DNA of 63,909 nucleotides, filler included, from Perkinsus chesapeaki ATCC PRA-425 (Eukaryota > Protista > Perkinsozoa), in NCBI GenBank assembly GCA_013115145.1. It is 9 parts of 9 records of this genome, joined end to end, with 100 filler letters (N's around TTAATTAATTAA, not from the genome) between each part and the next. Parts side by side here need not be neighbours in the genome. Positions count along the whole stretch, not along the records: positions 62,865 to 63,909 come from JAAPAO010002258.1; 8 more parts are not named here. The stretch is one strand, 5' to 3'. Made by a program: the position numbers and the translations under genes. This document shows positions 62,865 through 63,909 of the stretch, one piece after another. Below the pieces are notes generated by a model. The model saw only the letters and a list, made by a program, of their open reading frames with translations. It was not told where the DNA came from and made no database searches. How positions within the stretch are numbered: the stretch's first letter is position 1; every line of letters begins with the position of its first letter.

Positions 62865-63909
62865 TAGTGGTACTTACGCATCAGCAAGTTCACCAAAGAG
62901 TCATCGGACGGAACAACCACTTGATTGACAATGTTAGCTGAACGGTCTTGACGCACTCTTCGAACCACAACATCAGTCTTAGGGCACACAGCAAATGAGG
63001 CTAGTATGTGACGCCGCTTCTTACCTGATATCTGGTAAGAACCATCACTCTTGCCCTCGAGCACTGAACGAATACCGCATACATCAGTAGCCTGGGACTG
63101 CTTGAACTTAATCAAACTAATCCAGCTATCCTGATAAGAGGGAGGCTCATAGTCCATACCAATAGCCTTAGCCTTCCAACGACGAACTCCTTCTAGTAAC
63201 CGACGATGCTTGGCAATCACCATCTCCAAGGAATCATTAACAGGTTCACCTTCTAATCGTAGAACACAGAATTCATCATGATCTTCACCAGTATGATGGT
63301 CAAGGCCCTTAAGTTTCTCCTCCACGGTCTGAGTGTCACCCTCATCAGAGCCTTCGCCTTCTTCAAACTTGAAGTCAACCGTAGGTCCCCAGGGGGCCTC
63401 ACCAACACAGTCGGCACCAATCCACCAACTGGCCACATCACGAATATCAGCTGAGGTAACCGTATTATCACATACACCGCGAGTTATAGCATCCGCACTG
63501 TTGAGATTAGTCACCACATGTTTGAGCTTGACCTTATGGTTCTGGAACCAGTTCCTTAGAGCTTCGATGTTCTTAATTTCCCAGGCCTTTGTACCAGAAG
63601 ACTGTACCTCCTTATGTAGGCGATAGCAATTAATCTGGGAGTCTGTAAGAAACAGTGCTGAACAGTGGCTACGCTTGGACACAGGCACGGACTTCCATAT
63701 CTCCGTAAGGAGATCTCTACCATAGATCAGAGCTAAAAGTTCTTTCCTAGGTATAGTCCACTTGTCCCTTTTCTCCTTAGAGAATAAGCCACCTTTCGCA
63801 CGCACTCGAACACCATCAATAGTACGCACATCTACACCCCAGGCCTCTTTGCTAGCATCGACGTAGCAAATCAGTTGATCACAAACAATCTTTCTAGGTG
63901 TAGTGAACT
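62865..63909 (-). mobile_element. Bel/Pao-like LTR retrotransposon pol fragment (RNase H through the start of the integrase)
   Basis: CYVDASKEAWG, WTIPRKELLAL, FLTDSQI, LKHVVTNLNSADAITRG, and VVVPSDDSLVNLLMRKYH at the gap. Frame is open to the window end. Confidence 0.88.

Overview
Eukaryotic, intron-rich genomic DNA from a gapped draft assembly. It has 11 N-runs, 8 of which carry an artificial TTAATTAATTAA six-frame-stop linker, so adjacency across those gaps is not trustworthy. Short GT-AG introns, an intronless AAAP amino-acid transporter, small secreted PxGxY-type proteins and a spliced-leader-like motif suggest a Perkinsus-like alveolate (inference, not proven). A same-strand housekeeping block can be reconstructed exon by exon: amino-acid transporter, mitochondrial processing peptidase beta, TMEM234-like, DIM1/TXNL4A and LCMT1/PPM1. 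Also present are an ankyrin-repeat gene, a longin-domain fragment, a CCG-less tetraspanin-like gene, several small secreted or Cys-rich paralogs and a tRNA-Pro(CGG). Mobile DNA is diverse: an intron-containing MULE transposase, a non-autonomous TTAA-target TIR element, an APE-RT LINE, a Ty3/Gypsy-like integrase, two Bel/Pao-like pol fragments and a DIRS-like RT-RNaseH. The most unusual signals are (i) five dispersed tRNA-like elements with B-boxes, three with an oligo-T tail at fixed spacing, one of which forms almost an entire 51-nt DIM1 intron; (ii) a 26-nt tandem repeat containing the 3' part of the Perkinsus spliced leader just upstream of LCMT1; (iii) a 1.18-kb TIR element; and (iv) a perfect 23-bp hairpin. 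All calls were made by eye; no searches were run.
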